DNA of 64,000 nucleotides from Cyanophora paradoxa CCMP329 (lineage: Eukaryota > Plantae > Glaucophyta): positions 124,001 through 188,000 of the forward strand of contig QPMI01000116.1 of assembly GCA_004431415.1 (NCBI GenBank). Direction: 5' to 3'. The number at the start of each line of letters is the position of its first letter. The stretch's first letter is position 1. Shown here one piece after another: positions 22,877 to 36,687 of this stretch. Below the pieces are notes generated by a model, which was given only the letters and a program-made list of their open reading frames with translations, did no database searches and was not told where the DNA came from. The translations under genes were made by a program, and so were the position numbers.

Positions 22877-25578
22877 ATGGATATGAACGGCCGGAGATCC
22901 TCGATCGCGATGGCGGCGCACGGCGCTGCCGGCGCCGGGGCCCCCGGAAGCCGGAGGGATTCCAACTGCAGTGACTTGCCGCGACAGCTGCACAGGAACG
23001 GCTCGCACACCCCGGCCGGCTCGGCGGCGCCGACCGTGTCCGCGCCGGGCTCGCGGATGCACCTGCGGGCGGGGGGGAGGAGCAACAGCCTTCTAGCGGG
23101 CGGTGCCGCGGCCATGGCCGGCGGCCCGTTGCCTCAGATCCCGTCTGTCATCAGCCTTCCCGTCGGGGCCCAAAAGAAGGCCCTTCAACACTACCTGGAC
23201 TACGGTTAGCTTTGATTTAGCTCCGGACCCGGCCGCGGGATCCGGGCACCTGCGTAGATTCCATTAAGCGAATATTCGCTGCCGCAGTACGCGGCACTAG
23301 TACTGCTCTGATCGCGAGCACTTTCCGCGCGTTCGCAGATCCCGAAATGGCAAGGAGAGAGGAGGCCGCGGCGCACTCCCCGCTGATGCAGCTGTTCAAC
23401 AAGATAGAAAAGGTAATCTAAGTCTTGCCCATTGATCGAACCCTCCGGCGCGCTTTTTCATATTCGAATATTAATTCCTCTCAGATCGCGTTCTCAGTCC
23501 TTTTCTACCTCACGGACCGTGTGTATACCCCCCCCCCCGGCTCCCCTCTTTGGATGACCCCTCTTTCTGTGCATGTACCCAGGCACGGGCAAATCCCCGG
23601 GGTTCTGGACCCGCATATTCATTCCCTACGTCTTCCTATTCTATGATTGTGCGCCCCCCCCCCCCTCGTCCCCTTACAGCCGTACCCCCCTCATGCCTTT
23701 CGCCGCAGTCACACAGCTGATGACACTCTCGTATGCAATTGTGTACCCCCCTTGCCTTCACTTGCCTAACGCGCAAGCAGGATGCCGCTTCGCTTTCCGG
23801 AGTCTGCAGGCGCGTGGCTCAGCTACCCGGGTACAGCCGAGAGCGTTGTGCGCATGTACACCCCTCCACCCCCCTCGCCGCCCTTCCCAACGCCCGTATA
23901 CGTACCCCAGCTCGGGTCCGTCCAGTCCCCTTGGTTCGCAAGCATCTTCCGAAGTTCGGGTAGGTCGACTTTCTGGGCTTTAGATTTTAGCTAAGCTTCT
24001 CACATGCTTTAATTTTAAGCTCACGTGACTTTCAATTCCGCAGCTATCTTCTGGGTGGCCGCTATCTTTATCATATTCACGTACTGCCTCACGGGATACG
24101 GTACCCCTCTCCATCTCACCCAAGGCCTCACCATTTCGCTATATTTTCTTACCTTGGATCCGATCCGGATCGCAGTCTTCTACATGAGCGGTACCCCTCT
24201 TCAGCCCATGTCCAGAACGCAGCAGAACCCTCTAACTCTTCCCCCCAGTGTCGCAGTCTCTCCGGGTCTTCCCGCTGCGCCTTCTCCGCCTTATTTCGTC
24301 TTTCCTTGTGGACGCGTCTTTCATTCCGGCGACCCAGGTGCCCGCAGACAAAATCGAAGACTTCGGTCCCTCCTTCTTACTCCGAATTCGCACGCCGTAG
24401 CTTTTGGCACAGCCTTTGGCCTGCTACGTTGCGGACTTCTCGCCCGGACCGGGTGACGTCATTCGAAACTCGGTGAATCTCTGAACACAGCTTGAACGAA
24501 ACCGAGCATAATAAGGAAATTAAAAGGCTGACCGATATCGATTTCGCGCAGGTCCTTTCGAACATCAAGAACTGTCCCGCCTTCAAGGGGGGGAACCTCG
24601 CGTGGGGGTACCTCGCCGTTTCCATCGTCCTCCTCCTCACTTTCGTCGTGCGTGCACGTGTACCCCCCACGCGCACTCGCGATCGTGATCGCGATCGGAG
24701 ATGGGGTCATATGACAACGCGAGCCGCAGCCTTACGCGCTGGCGTTTCGCCTCATCTTCTACGACAGGTGGGCAGTCTCGAATTCCCAATTTCGAATTCG
24801 AACTCGCCAACGTCGCGATTTGATCTCGGCTCGGTTCTACTTACAGCTGCCCGGTGTCCTTCGCGCGCGACGCCCGCCCGCACGGCCGCTTCTCCTTCTT
24901 CTACGGTGCCCCTTCTCCTCCTCCTTCTTCTTCTTTAAATCTAGAGTAACAGCTGGCCATAGCACACCTGGCCCGGCCCGCCCCATGATACCGATGTCAA
25001 CGTTAACGTCAACGTTTTCGGCGCAGCGATTGTGCAGAGCACTATGATCTTCGTGTGCGTGCTTAAAACTCACCCGTTAGCGCGCCCTTATAGCTTGAGC
25101 ATGCGCATAGATCCGATAGCGCGATCAATATCGCGATCGGTTATAATTATAGCTATCGATAGCGCGCTCAATTGTTGATCTGAGAATCTAGATCTGCTTT
25201 TATAGAACTGACGGTAAGGTTCGTGCGCAGGAACCTATTCATAGGGGCCAGCGAGCGATCCTCGCAGGTGCGACGTCGACTAAGCTCACCTGATCATGAA
25301 CCAGGAGACTCGAGGCTCGAGGCTCGAAGCTCGCGTTTTCGAAATTGTCTCACCACGGGACTCGAACCGCAGGCCGTAAACTTCGCGCTGCTGGTCATGG
25401 TCTGCATCTTCATCCAGGTGGCCGTACCCTTCTACGGGACATTCGAGACCTGCCTCCGCTCCGGCCTATTTTTAGCCGCCGCCGCCTTCCCGATGACGAG
25501 CCGCCTCATCTACCTCGCCCCGGAAGGTTCGAATTCGATCCGATTCCGGACCCTGGCCCGGGCTAGACTCCCATCTCC

Positions 25579-25610
<32 letters not shown>

Positions 25611-28600
25611 GTAATAACTTCGTTCGCAGGCGACGAGGGCGCGCTCTTCTACTACGCATCGATCTCCCTAGCCCTCATTGTTCCGTTCTTCTTCCTCGGC
25701 GCGACCTTGGCATGTGCGTTAACGCCCTTAAGCTCCAGAAGGCACCAGATTTACATCCAAGCTTCGCAAACATTAAATGTTGACGGATCCGGATGCTTAT
25801 GCGCAGTCGTCCGGCTTTGGGTGCTCGCTGGCGCGCGGCGGTCGCCGGCGACCGGTACCGCCGCGCGGTACGCGGCCGCCGCGGCGCCGCGGCCCATCGC
25901 GGGCCCCAGCGCCAGTGCCAGCGGCACCGGCAGCGCCAATTGCAACCGCCCCGTCGTCATCCCCGTCTGCGATCGAGATCGCGAAAACGACGCAGGCAGC
26001 ACCGGCCACATTGGGGACGGCTCCGAGGGCACGCCCTCCCCCCAGGACAGGCCCGGGGCCGGGGACTCCGTGCACGGCCTTGCGCAGCTGCAGCCCGAGA
26101 TCGGCGGAGGCCCCGTCGCCCGGTTCGGGTCCTGGCCGTGGCTTGGCCAGTGGGTTGTGGCCGGCCTGGACGCCTGCGGCCTCCTCTTCTTCGTCGAGTG
26201 CCAAGTGCGGCGCTTTATTTTATGCGATTCGCCCTCTCTTCGAATTCGAATTCAAGCTGGAAGGCTCATCCTAGCTTCTTGAATCTCCTTGCAGTACGAA
26301 ATTCGTGCCCGAATGGCCCTCCGGAGGCACTGCGATGTCGCCGCGGCGGACGCCATATACCGGTGATCCTGATTTCTGGACGTTCTCACCTTTAAGCCTT
26401 TTCTGCGTCCATCTTCTTAGCTTCCGACTCCGCCGCAGCGACGCGATGCTGGCGCTCCCGCACTCGGTCTACGTCCGCATCCACTACGCGCTCTTCATCC
26501 GCCGTGCGCTTCTTAGCTAAAGCCTAATTATAAACGTCAATAGCTTCCGCCGTGCTTCTTAGCTTCTTAAGCTTCTCAACCACATATCTTCCTACCCTGT
26601 CACGTCTCCTTCGAATTTGAATTCACCATGGCCGTCCGCCGCAGACTACAAGGGCGACACGGCGGCGGCGGCGCAGCGGATGCGCTCGGCGGCCTCGGCA
26701 GGGCGCGTCTCCTTCGACATGCGGTACCTCGTGTTCGAGAAGCAGCGCCTCTGGGACCAGGTGGGCCCGTACGCGTCTCTTTAAGATTAATTCAAAGATT
26801 CATTTAAGCTTCGATTGTTATTCAAGCTTAAGATTCGTTTGAGCATCGGCTCTTATATAAACCTTGTCCTCGAGAAGCAGCGCCTCTGTGACCAGGTGGG
26901 GCCTGCATAGCTGCATAGCATTTCGTAATATATCTGCCCGGACGGCTCTCGATTTCTCTGCAGCTGCAGCTGCGGACGGCTCTATATTTCATTATAATTA
27001 TTGATCTGCCCGCTTTCAGTTTTAAGTGGCGCTCATTTATTTTTCCCTGCAGATCGCGCACGGACAGAACTTGGGGCACACACTCAACTCGATCTCTATG
27101 CTGGAGTTCGAGCAGGTAAAGTTACTGTTTGTTTCGATTTCACTAATCTCAGGGATCCGGACGTCTCTTAACAAACTCGTTTCGCAGGTGTACGGCACCG
27201 CCAAGGCAAAGCACGCAGAGGTACTGCGGCTCATCCAGCGCTTCTGGGCCGGCGTGGCCCGAAAGCAGAACGGTCCGCCCGCGCGCGCAGCTCGCGCCCG
27301 CCTGTTCGATTGTAAGCGCGCGCCTGAATTGAAACTCAGGGAAATACCTCGTGGGCGCGTCCCACTACGTCTCTCGGGTCCGCATCGCGATCTCCTCCCA
27401 TCCGGACCCGTGCTCTGTGTGAGCTCAATCATATTGATCGCTTCTGCAGATTTCGGACACGGCGCGCGCGGCGGCCAACTCGTACGAGGCGCTCCTCCGG
27501 AAGTACAAGAGCTCCAAGATGCTGCTCCGAACGTACGGCGACTTCGTCGCGTCGGTCCGTCTGCTCTGTTCGAGTTCGATCGATCCCGAAACGTTCGTTC
27601 GATCCCGAAACGCTTGAGAAGGTCCTGAACGATCCGGAGCGGGCCCACATGTTCTACCTGCGCGCGGTATGTACATGTGTAATTATAATCGAACTACTAG
27701 AAATCGAAGCCGAATGCATATAACAACTATATCTCCAAGCCGAATCTGAGACGCGTATGCACGCGCGCAGGACGAGATCGAGGAGCAGGAGGCGGCTCGG
27801 CTGGGCGGCGGCGCGACGGACGAGGGGCGGACGGAGGGGACCGGGGACGGGACGAGCGACGGGCCGGACGGGAGCAGCCACGGCGGGAGCAGCTCGCAGG
27901 TCCGTTCAAATTCGTTCGTTCGATCGATCCCGAAATCGGCGTTCGATCCCGAAACGTTAACAGGTCAAGGACCACGTGGCGGCCAAGAAGAAGAAGAACC
28001 GCAACGACGGCTTCCTGAACAACGAGGGGCAGCTCAAGGCCGTCCGCCGCCTCCACACCGGGTCCGTCCGTTCGTTCTTCGTTCGATCCCGAAAAAGAGC
28101 GTTCGAGCCCGGAATCGGTGTTCGATCCCGAAACCGAGCGTTCGATCCCGAAGACGACTCGGCTCTTTTATCTCTCTCTGATCAAGAGCTCGTGCACCCC
28201 GGCCGCGTCTGTCTAGATCTCTCTCTTATATTAGCACCGCGTCTGTCTGTTAGCTCGTCTGTCTGTTAGCTCGTGCACCCCGGCCGCGGCCGTTAGCGGC
28301 CTCCTTCGAACTCTCTGTCTAGATCTCTCTCTAATAGTTGGAGCCGCGCGCGCGCTCGCAATCGCAGCGCGGCGACCGGCCTGAGCATCCTGTGCTTGGA
28401 GGTCGTCTCCTTCTACCTCATCAGCCGGCTCCTCCTCGACAAGATCTCCGAAGGTGATCATGAATATTTAATGTGATATCGATAAATATTCGACAATTTA
28501 AACCCGCGCGCCGCGCCGGGCCTGCGGCTCGAGTTGAATGAGCGACGGCGCCGTGCAAATTAAATGCCATCTTGCAATTAAAGCTTACTGATCGCGGACG

Positions 28601-31600
28601 ATTTCCGGCAGGCATCGCGCGGATCACGGACATCGCGTCGCACGCGCGCTCCGTCTCTTCCATCACGGGTGCGGCCGCCCCGCGCGGGCTGGCCAGCCGG
28701 GCAGGCTGAGCGGGCTGGGCTTGCTCGCCGGTCTTCGTGACTCTACCTCTCGTTCCAGACCACGCCCGGACTCTCCAGCTCTCCGCGTCGCTCAACTACA
28801 CGAGCGTGTACCAGCAGGAGGTCCGGTCGATCGACCGCGACCCCGCCCCGCTTTAACTTCAGCTTAAGCTTCAACTCCGGCGCCCTTTAATTTGGCTTCG
28901 AATTCTCATCGTCCTTTGAATTTACTTCGAATTCCGCCAGGTATCCCTTCTGCAGCAGCTCGGCAACGAGTTCCGCGAGGCCCACCGGGGCCTCTACTTT
29001 GGGAAGTGCGCAAAGTAAACTTCAAAGCTCAGCTATTGTGAATATAAGCCGAGCTTTCGCTTATAGCTTGGCTGAGCTTATGTATAAGCTCAAATCCGGG
29101 CGCGCGCGGCGCCGTCTTGCTATCTATATATAGATCGGCCGCGGCCGCGTTTGTCCGTTCTCTGATCATGAGGGACCGTGTCGGCAGACCCGGCGTGCCT
29201 GCGTCGTCCGCGCAACCCATTGTGGTGCCCTCGATGCGAACCCGCGCCGATCGCAGCAGCCCTTTCGCGTTACGTTCTCATGCTGCATTCGCAGGACCTG
29301 TGGAATTCTCCCAACATCGATTATCAAGTTTACCTGCCCGCGGTCAACAACGGCGAGCCGACCTACGTGCGGCAGAAGGTGCGCGCGTTTCTTTTTTTTT
29401 CATATTAACGACAATCGCAATTTAAGACAATCGCGTTCGGATGTTTTCAGGCCGGACTGTGGGACCTCGGGTCGCTCTTCTACTCCCGGGCGATGGAGTT
29501 TCGGGAGGCGCCCCTGGCCGAGCAGGCGGCCGCCGCCACGAACCGCGCCTTCCGCTTCCTACAGGCGAGTAAACGTACAAGTACACGCGCTATAGCTAGT
29601 TCTTCGCACCTTCTGAATGGATATCGATGTTGCCATCGATATCGGAATGCGCGGCGCATGCTTAGAGGACGCGTCGGCGTTTCCTCGCACGCGTCGGACG
29701 TGGGCGCCCGGCAGCTCACGATCACCTTCAATTTGCTTCACACAGGACGTGGGCGCTCGGCAGCTCACGGAGGTCATTCTGCAGGCCGCGTTCCTCTACG
29801 AGAGCGAGGTCTGTCTAGATGTATTATTATTATAAGTATAGATGGCGAGGTATGTCTAGATATCGATGTATCTAGATTAATGGCTCATTATCAATGACGA
29901 GGGCTGTCTATAAATGTCTGTAGATCTATAAAACGCAGACGGCTTCGAATTCGCATTTTTAACTGAGCCTCATGCCAGATTATCGCCGACCGCGACCTGA
30001 CGTTCGTCCTCCTGAGCCTCATGGTCCTGGTCGGGCTCACCACCATGTTCTCGACGATTCTCTGCGTGGTGCGCGCTCGAGCTCGCGACGTCGACAGCGC
30101 CGCGGCGCTCAAATTAAACAAGCGGTCGCGAGAATTTGAAGCTCGCGATTGAGGGCTCTACGCCGAACAGATCCAGCCGTCGATTCGGCGGGTGCAGAAG
30201 ACGAAGAGTGGCATTTCCGACATCCTGAACGTCATTCCGCGGCGAGGTCAGGCTTCTCTCGATCGAGTTCGTTTCGAGATTGCAATTGCGCCCCACCTGA
30301 CCGATCGGCGGCGTGCGCGCACAGCCCTGCGGAAAATCGCGCGCTACTACGCGAAGATGCGGCCTCCGGATGCGGAAGATAGCGATCAGGTTCGAATTTC
30401 CGTTGAAATTGCGAGCAGCAGCAGCCGTTTGAATTTTCGTTGAAATTTGCTTCGTTCGCAGGAGCTTGGCAAGGACGACGCGCTGCAGTTGGAGGACGAC
30501 GACGAGGACGAGACCGGGACCACAAACGGCACTGTCGCAACCGGGCCGGACGGGCTGGCGGGCGGCTCCGAGCGCGCGAGCACGGCGGCTCCGCTCCCCA
30601 GCTCCAGGCGGACGGCTTCGATCCGCCGGATGCACATGCACACTCGGCGCGAGACAAAGAAGGCGCGCCGGCGCCGCCGCCCTTCCCTTCCCTCCTTTAA
30701 TACGCGTTGTATTAACGGATCGCATCCCGCCGTATACGTTTAGGTTCCTGTGGAGGATGCTCTACATGCGGAGGGTCCGGATGCGGCCGCCGGCGTTGCC
30801 AGTGTGATCTTTAATGCCAGTGGTGTGGGCGGCCGCGGGATGCGCTCACTCTCGAGCGGGGCTCTACTCGGGCCGGCAGCCTCCAGCGTCAACCCAACGT
30901 ACCCTCTGATTTCGGACTCTGTCTTCCCTCAGTCCGCGGCTGCCGATGGCGTCGGCGGCGGTACCTGGTGGCAATCTCAGCCAATGGCCACGTCGACGCC
31001 GGTGGAATCTCGGGCGGGCTCTGTCGACGTCTCTGTGCCCGCCCTCGATCTGAGCATCTCGCGCGCACAAAGTCAAAAGGCACGGTTCATAATATATAGT
31101 TAATAACCACCTTCTTCATAATATAATAACTAAGCTATTATGGCGAACGCAGACTGGGGCGACGTACTTCACGCTGACGACGGCCCGCGACCTCGAGCTC
31201 CTCAACGCGCGCAACGCGGCGGAGGAGAAGGAGAAGGCGCAGCAGACGCGGCGCTCGTCGAGATCCGCGGCGCGGAGCGCCGATCTCGGCGGCCATGGCG
31301 AAATTCCCGAAATTCCCGAGGTCGTCGCCCGGTGGGACGCCGTCCATGGCCACCCGTGGCCCGACTCGCACGATCCCGACGTCGACCACGATATCGATCG
31401 CGGTCGGGATCGCGACCAGTCGAAGGAGATCGACAACGGGACCGGCACGAACAGCACCGATAGCACGGCGCTCGCTCTGCCGCCGGCGCCGTCGACGGCG
31501 ACGACGTCATCGCCGCCGGAAGCCACTGCACACGTACCCACGATCGAGGCGCTGGCGCCGCCGGTACCGGTACCGGTGCCGCTGCCGCGGTCGAACTCGA

Positions 31601-34600
31601 ACCGCTCCGCCCCGCTGCAGTCGATTCTCAGGCGGCGCCTCCCGCCAACTCTGCACCTGCCGAACGGCATGCGGAGCGACAGCGATGCGGAGGTCCAATT
31701 GCAACCGGCCCCTGCGTCCGGGTCCGGGGCCCTGCCCAGGACCGCGTCCAGAGCCTCCAGAGTCATCTTCCCCAATTCGAAGCCGGCGGGCTCCAGGTCA
31801 GACCCATATGCATCCTCCTCTTCTCCATTCGAAATCGCGGCTCGCTTCGCGTTGCCCGTGTTTTGTGTAATCTAATTTCCATCTTTATCAGCAAAAGCGA
31901 AGCGGTCCAGGACGACGAGATGGACACGCAACGCGAGGACGACGGCGACGAGTCGCACCAGCGGGTGCGCCACCGCCGCGCGATATAATATAAACAAATA
32001 CGGATCCGCGCGATATCATATAAACAAATACGGATCTGCGCGATATAAACAAGTCCGGGCCCGATTTGATCCGCAACTCGTGCAGCTGGCTCGCAAGGCG
32101 GGCCTCATCTTCCGCCGCATGATCGCCCGATACATGCTCGCCTTCGGTCCGCAATCTCTTGTTCCACCCCGCCCTCGTTCCTTAAGCGCTCTATAATGGT
32201 CTTTGAATTGTTTAATCAAATGCTCGGGGGTAAAATTTGGTCCGCACGCTCTAAATTCAACCCGCCCTCGTTCCTTAAGCGTTTTCCTGTTTATTTAACT
32301 TAAGATCCGCGGTTTTTAATGCACGGGGGCCGCCAGGCGTCCTCGGGGTCATCGGCTTCACGGGCTACGTCGTCTCGTGCGCCCTCGTATCCAGAACCTC
32401 CCAGGTCCGCCGGCCCGCCCCTATAGCTAGCTAATCGCCATTTAACACTCTAATTTATAAGATCTAGATGGCATATGCATCTTTTGTGTCGTTATATGAC
32501 CTGGGAGAGCCGTTATTTCATGTCGTTGTGGCCCGGATGCGCGCACCCCATAGCGAAGCACCGGTCCCGGGCCATAAGCTTAAGCGTACGTATACGTACG
32601 CGTGCAGGCGGGCGCCGTCATCCGCAACGCGGGGTCCCGGCGGTACTACGCGCGCGACATCGCTCACATTGGGCGCGAGGTGCGCATTGTGAACCTCAAT
32701 TCCTTCTAAGCGATCGAATGCAATTGCAAACCTCTCGAGTGAAATTCGTTTCGAACGTTAACTGACCACGATGCGTCTCGCGCGCGCTGCCAGATGTTCA
32801 TCGACGACGGCATCGTCGGTAGGCCCGGCTTCAAGCTTTAAAAAAAATTCGTCGCTTCGATTTGGCGGCGAACGCGAGTGAGTGACCGGGCGCTCGCGCC
32901 CGCCCGCAGGGTTCTCGAAGGCGGAGGCCGTTCGGCGGGTCGTGGACCGCGTCGAAGTGCGCCCCGGCCCGCTGGCCATGGCCATGGCTACCGTCCCAGT
33001 GGCGCCGGCGAAGGATGTTTATCGAACGCTGATTACAAAGAAGTCGGGATATATATGGCGCCGACAAACTAAAGAACTCGGGAATATAATAACATCAAAC
33101 GCTGACCTTGCAATTGTGATTTATCGCCGACGAAGGATGTTTATCGGACGCTGATACAAATTAAAGAACTATTTAAAGCGCTCGGGATGTTCACGAAACG
33201 CTAGCGCTGACCTCGCGATTGTGATTTCCGCAGAAACTGCGCGAGACGCACAGCCAGCTCAAGTACGGGACCGCGTACACCACGTGCGCTCTGCCCTAAA
33301 ATATATAACAAACCGCCACGCCTAATATATATAACACGCCTAATATATATAACAAACCGCCCCCTAATTATAATCCGCCCCCTGTCGCCCACCTCTTTAA
33401 TTAACCGCGTACACCACGTGCGCCCTGCCCCGCTCCCGCCCCGACCCGGACCAGGCTGGCCTCGGCTAGGCCCCCGATCTCTTGCTCTCGCCCACTCCGA
33501 ATATAAGCTGTTAACATAAGCTATAAGCTGTTCTAGCGGCCGTCTAGGCCCCCGTCCCTGCTCTACCCCTGCCGCCACGTCTGATATGATATAACGTTAC
33601 ACGCTCGGGCCGCGTGATCCGCACCCTGTGATTTACGAGCGCTCCCTCTTCTTCTCCGCAGGCGGGACGAGCAGGTGGAGCTCCTCTACGGCTCGGCGTG
33701 CCTGCGGGCGGACGGGGACTGCTCGCGGGCGACCCTCGGGTACCTCGCTTCCATGGTCTCCCACGGCCTCGGTGCGCGCGCCACGTATACGTATATACAC
33801 AGATACAGTAAAATTTTCCTTTCTTGGCTGCGCGAATTTATATTATATATCAGTGGAAGTAGACGTAGTGCAAGTTGCGGATAATGCAAGCGCGAACCTC
33901 GTTCGCTCTACAACATCTACAGATCTTAAGCGAGAATCTCAGCTGCAGTGCAGAAGCTTAAGCCGTCTCCCTTCGCCGTCGCGATCGGCGTCCTTGAAGT
34001 TTCCTTAAGCTTGCTTTACCGCGCGAATTTATAATGGAAGCTTGAGTAGAAGTAGACGTAGCATAATATACGTAGCAATATCTTAAGCGAGAGCTTCGAA
34101 TTCGTTCGCGCCAGCCTCGTCGATCCACGTTTCATTTTGCTTTTCTGACGCTAACGCACGCGGCCGTGGCACGGACGCAGACTTCTGCTTAAGCAGAACT
34201 CGAATCTGTAATAGAATTCGAAGCTTAATTATAAGTAGAAAGCCTTCGGATCTGTAATAGAATTCGCCGGCCGGGCTGGGGCGAAGCCTGCGGCTCCCTT
34301 TTAGAGTCGTTAAAGCCGGCTAAGCTAAAACGCATCGATTTCCACGTTTACTTTACTATGGGTTTTCTAACGTTAATGCGCCGTGGACGGACGCAGATTT
34401 CTGCATCGAGCAGTTCGTCGGGTTCACGCAGCAGGCGCTGAAGGAGAACAACGCCTTCACGAAAGAGTCCGCCCTCTGATCCGTCTTCGCCTTCTTTAAA
34501 TTTCTCCGCCTGATCCGCTTTTAATTTCGCAGCGGGTCAATCGACGCGCGGGCCCCCTTCTTCTCGGACGCCGCGCCCCACCCGATCGCCCCCGGCAAGC

Positions 34601-35815
34601 TCGCGCCCGGCCCCTGCTGCGCCTCCGCCTCATCGGTTCAGGTGCGCTAGAGCTGGTTCCGATTGCAATCGCCATCTTTGGCGGGGCAGCTTCGGCCTGC
34701 TCTGTTTGATATATAATTATAATGATATCGATGCGTGTCTGCAGCCCGACAGCGGGGCCATGCGGGCGCTGTACGATCTGCAGGGCGACTACCTGGGTGC
34801 GCGCGCTCGCATTGTTGGTCTTGATTTGGCCGCTTATAAGTTCTGAACTTGGCCTCTTATATATAATTAGATGCGGGGCTCTCGACGAGCCAGCGGCTGT
34901 ACCTCGCGGCCGCCAGCGACGACATCGCGGTCGGCCTCCGCTTCGCGGCCGCCGTCTTCGGCATCCAGCTCGCGGCCCTCCTGGCCGCCTACTTCCTCGT
35001 CTTCCGCCCCATGTGCGCGCGGTCTATATATATATAGCTACGTATACCTCAGGCCTTATAATATAATCACCTCCGTTAAATTTAATGCCTTCGCAATTCG
35101 AATTCCTCCCGCAGCATCCAGCAGCTTCGCGAGGAGTGCGGCCGCAGCGACGAGCTCCTTCACATGCTCCCCAAAGAGGTCCTGGGCTTTCGTTTAATGA
35201 TAATCGCCTAGAGATCATGAAGCGCTCGACATCGACATTGTGTATAATTTTATAGCTATTGCATGACGCGCTCACGTGTTCTGGATCTGACGTGACTGTT
35301 GTTTCCATGGCCAGATGCTTCCACTAATGAAGGAGCTCCAGCGCTTCATCCGCTCGGCGAACGCGCGCTCGAACGACCAGGGGCCCGGTCTGCTCCGCGA
35401 GGCGTGGGAGAGGTGAGTGGGACCCTCCGATATCGATTTAAATTTGGGAACTCGATGGAAGTTCGTGCGGTCCCTGACGCCCGCGCCATATAGAAAGTTC
35501 TAACTAATAACGCCCTGTTCGTATTAGATATCCATTCGATAATATAGAAAGTTCTAATATAGAAAGCAGCGTATCTATGTAGCTAACATGTATCATAGTA
35601 TGTTATAAGGGGGGGTCTCTCCTAGTGTCGGAGCCCGCTCGGTCGGTCCCTGACGCGTACGCCTGCGCCCGCGCCCCCGCAGCACGCTCGACATCTTCGC
35701 CGTGCTCTGCAGCTTCGGCCGCCGAGGCCGCGTTGCGTACGCCCCCGTAAGCCCAGCGCAGGGCGACAGACCGCAATCCAGCGTATACGTAGATGTAGCG
35801 GATGCCAAGGTGTAG
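22877..35815 (+). CDS. Large TmcB/TmcC-like multi-pass membrane protein with a TPR-like region; more than 40 short exons
   Basis: N-terminal TM block ending ARPHGRFSFFY and QVAVPFYG..LRSG. TPR-like ANSYEALLRKYKSSKMLLRTYGDFVAS/VLNDPERAHMFYLRA/DEIEE. Two extracellular-loop modules (EFREAHRGLYFG..GLWDLGSLF; RNAGSRRYY..LRETHSQLKYG). Juxtamembrane IQPSIRRVQ..ILNVIPR and LREECGRSDELLHMLPKE. TAG at 35813-35815. Family call is from motif recall. Confidence 0.7.
25580..25616 (+). repeat. (AAT)n microsatellite in an intron
   Basis: About 10-12 AAT units. Confidence 0.9.
27555..28150 (+). repeat. GTTCGATCCCGAAA-type motif shared by three nearby introns
   Basis: Introns 27555-27621, 27900-27963 and the 5' part of 28062-28367 all begin GTCCGT and carry 2-4 copies of the motif. 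Confidence 0.85.
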
Positions 35816-36687
35816 CGTTCCCGGATAAGCGGATATATGTAGCGAGCATTAAAATTAGACGACGACGTGATTTTCTGCTTTAATTAATTATATAATTCCC
35901 ATTCGTCGATTTCAATTCTTCAGTTTTCTCTAGATCTGCTCACAGTACGCAGTGCTAGCCGCTATTAGCCTAGTAGCCGAAGTAGTAGCCGAAGTGTATG
36001 CGCATATGCGTTTACATGCACACATGCAATGCAACCAGACCGGTAGATAATATAAGATGCAGTACTAGTAGGGTTTCGAATTTCATTTTCTTTTCGCATG
36101 TGCAGCTTGTTATATATATATGTAGGATTTGCAACTCCGAGCTTGCAAAATTGGCCTACGTCGAGGTAGGTAAAGCTATACCTCCCTATACTATAATAGC
36201 TCTAGCTATTGCGATTGCAGTATATGCACAGCAGTTGCAGCTGCAGCATGCTTGCAATTTATCGGGAACCATCAAGAGCCATGGGACTTCGTTGATGAGA
36301 ATGTAGATGGTTTCTTAAGCTTATGCTTCTGTGCTTGTAATCAATAATGATAATTATAATTCGATCAACAAAGGTCAACCAAGGCCCCCCCCCCCCCCCC
36401 ACCCCACCCCCACCCCCCCCCCACCCCCCCCCCCTCCCCTTCAATTGAAATTAGGCGCCGGCCGCACGCTCGATCGCGAGCTCGCTGGCCTAGTGGCATG
36501 GCATGGAACACGGGCCCGGCGCCGGGCCGCGGGCCGGGCCGGGCCCCCATGGCCAAGCCGCGACGTCTACGTATACATACAGGGGCCCGGCATGGAATGT
36601 CGATCACCTGGCCCGCCGCGCCCCTCGCGCGATCGTCGGCTCCGCGAGGGCGTTGCAATTGGTGCCCCCACGCCGCGACGTCTACAG

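Noticed and set aside
27575-28150. tRNA genes suggested by GTTCGATCCC T-loop-like motifs
   Set aside because: No acceptor stem, D arm or anticodon arm; the motifs are tandem and lie within short introns.
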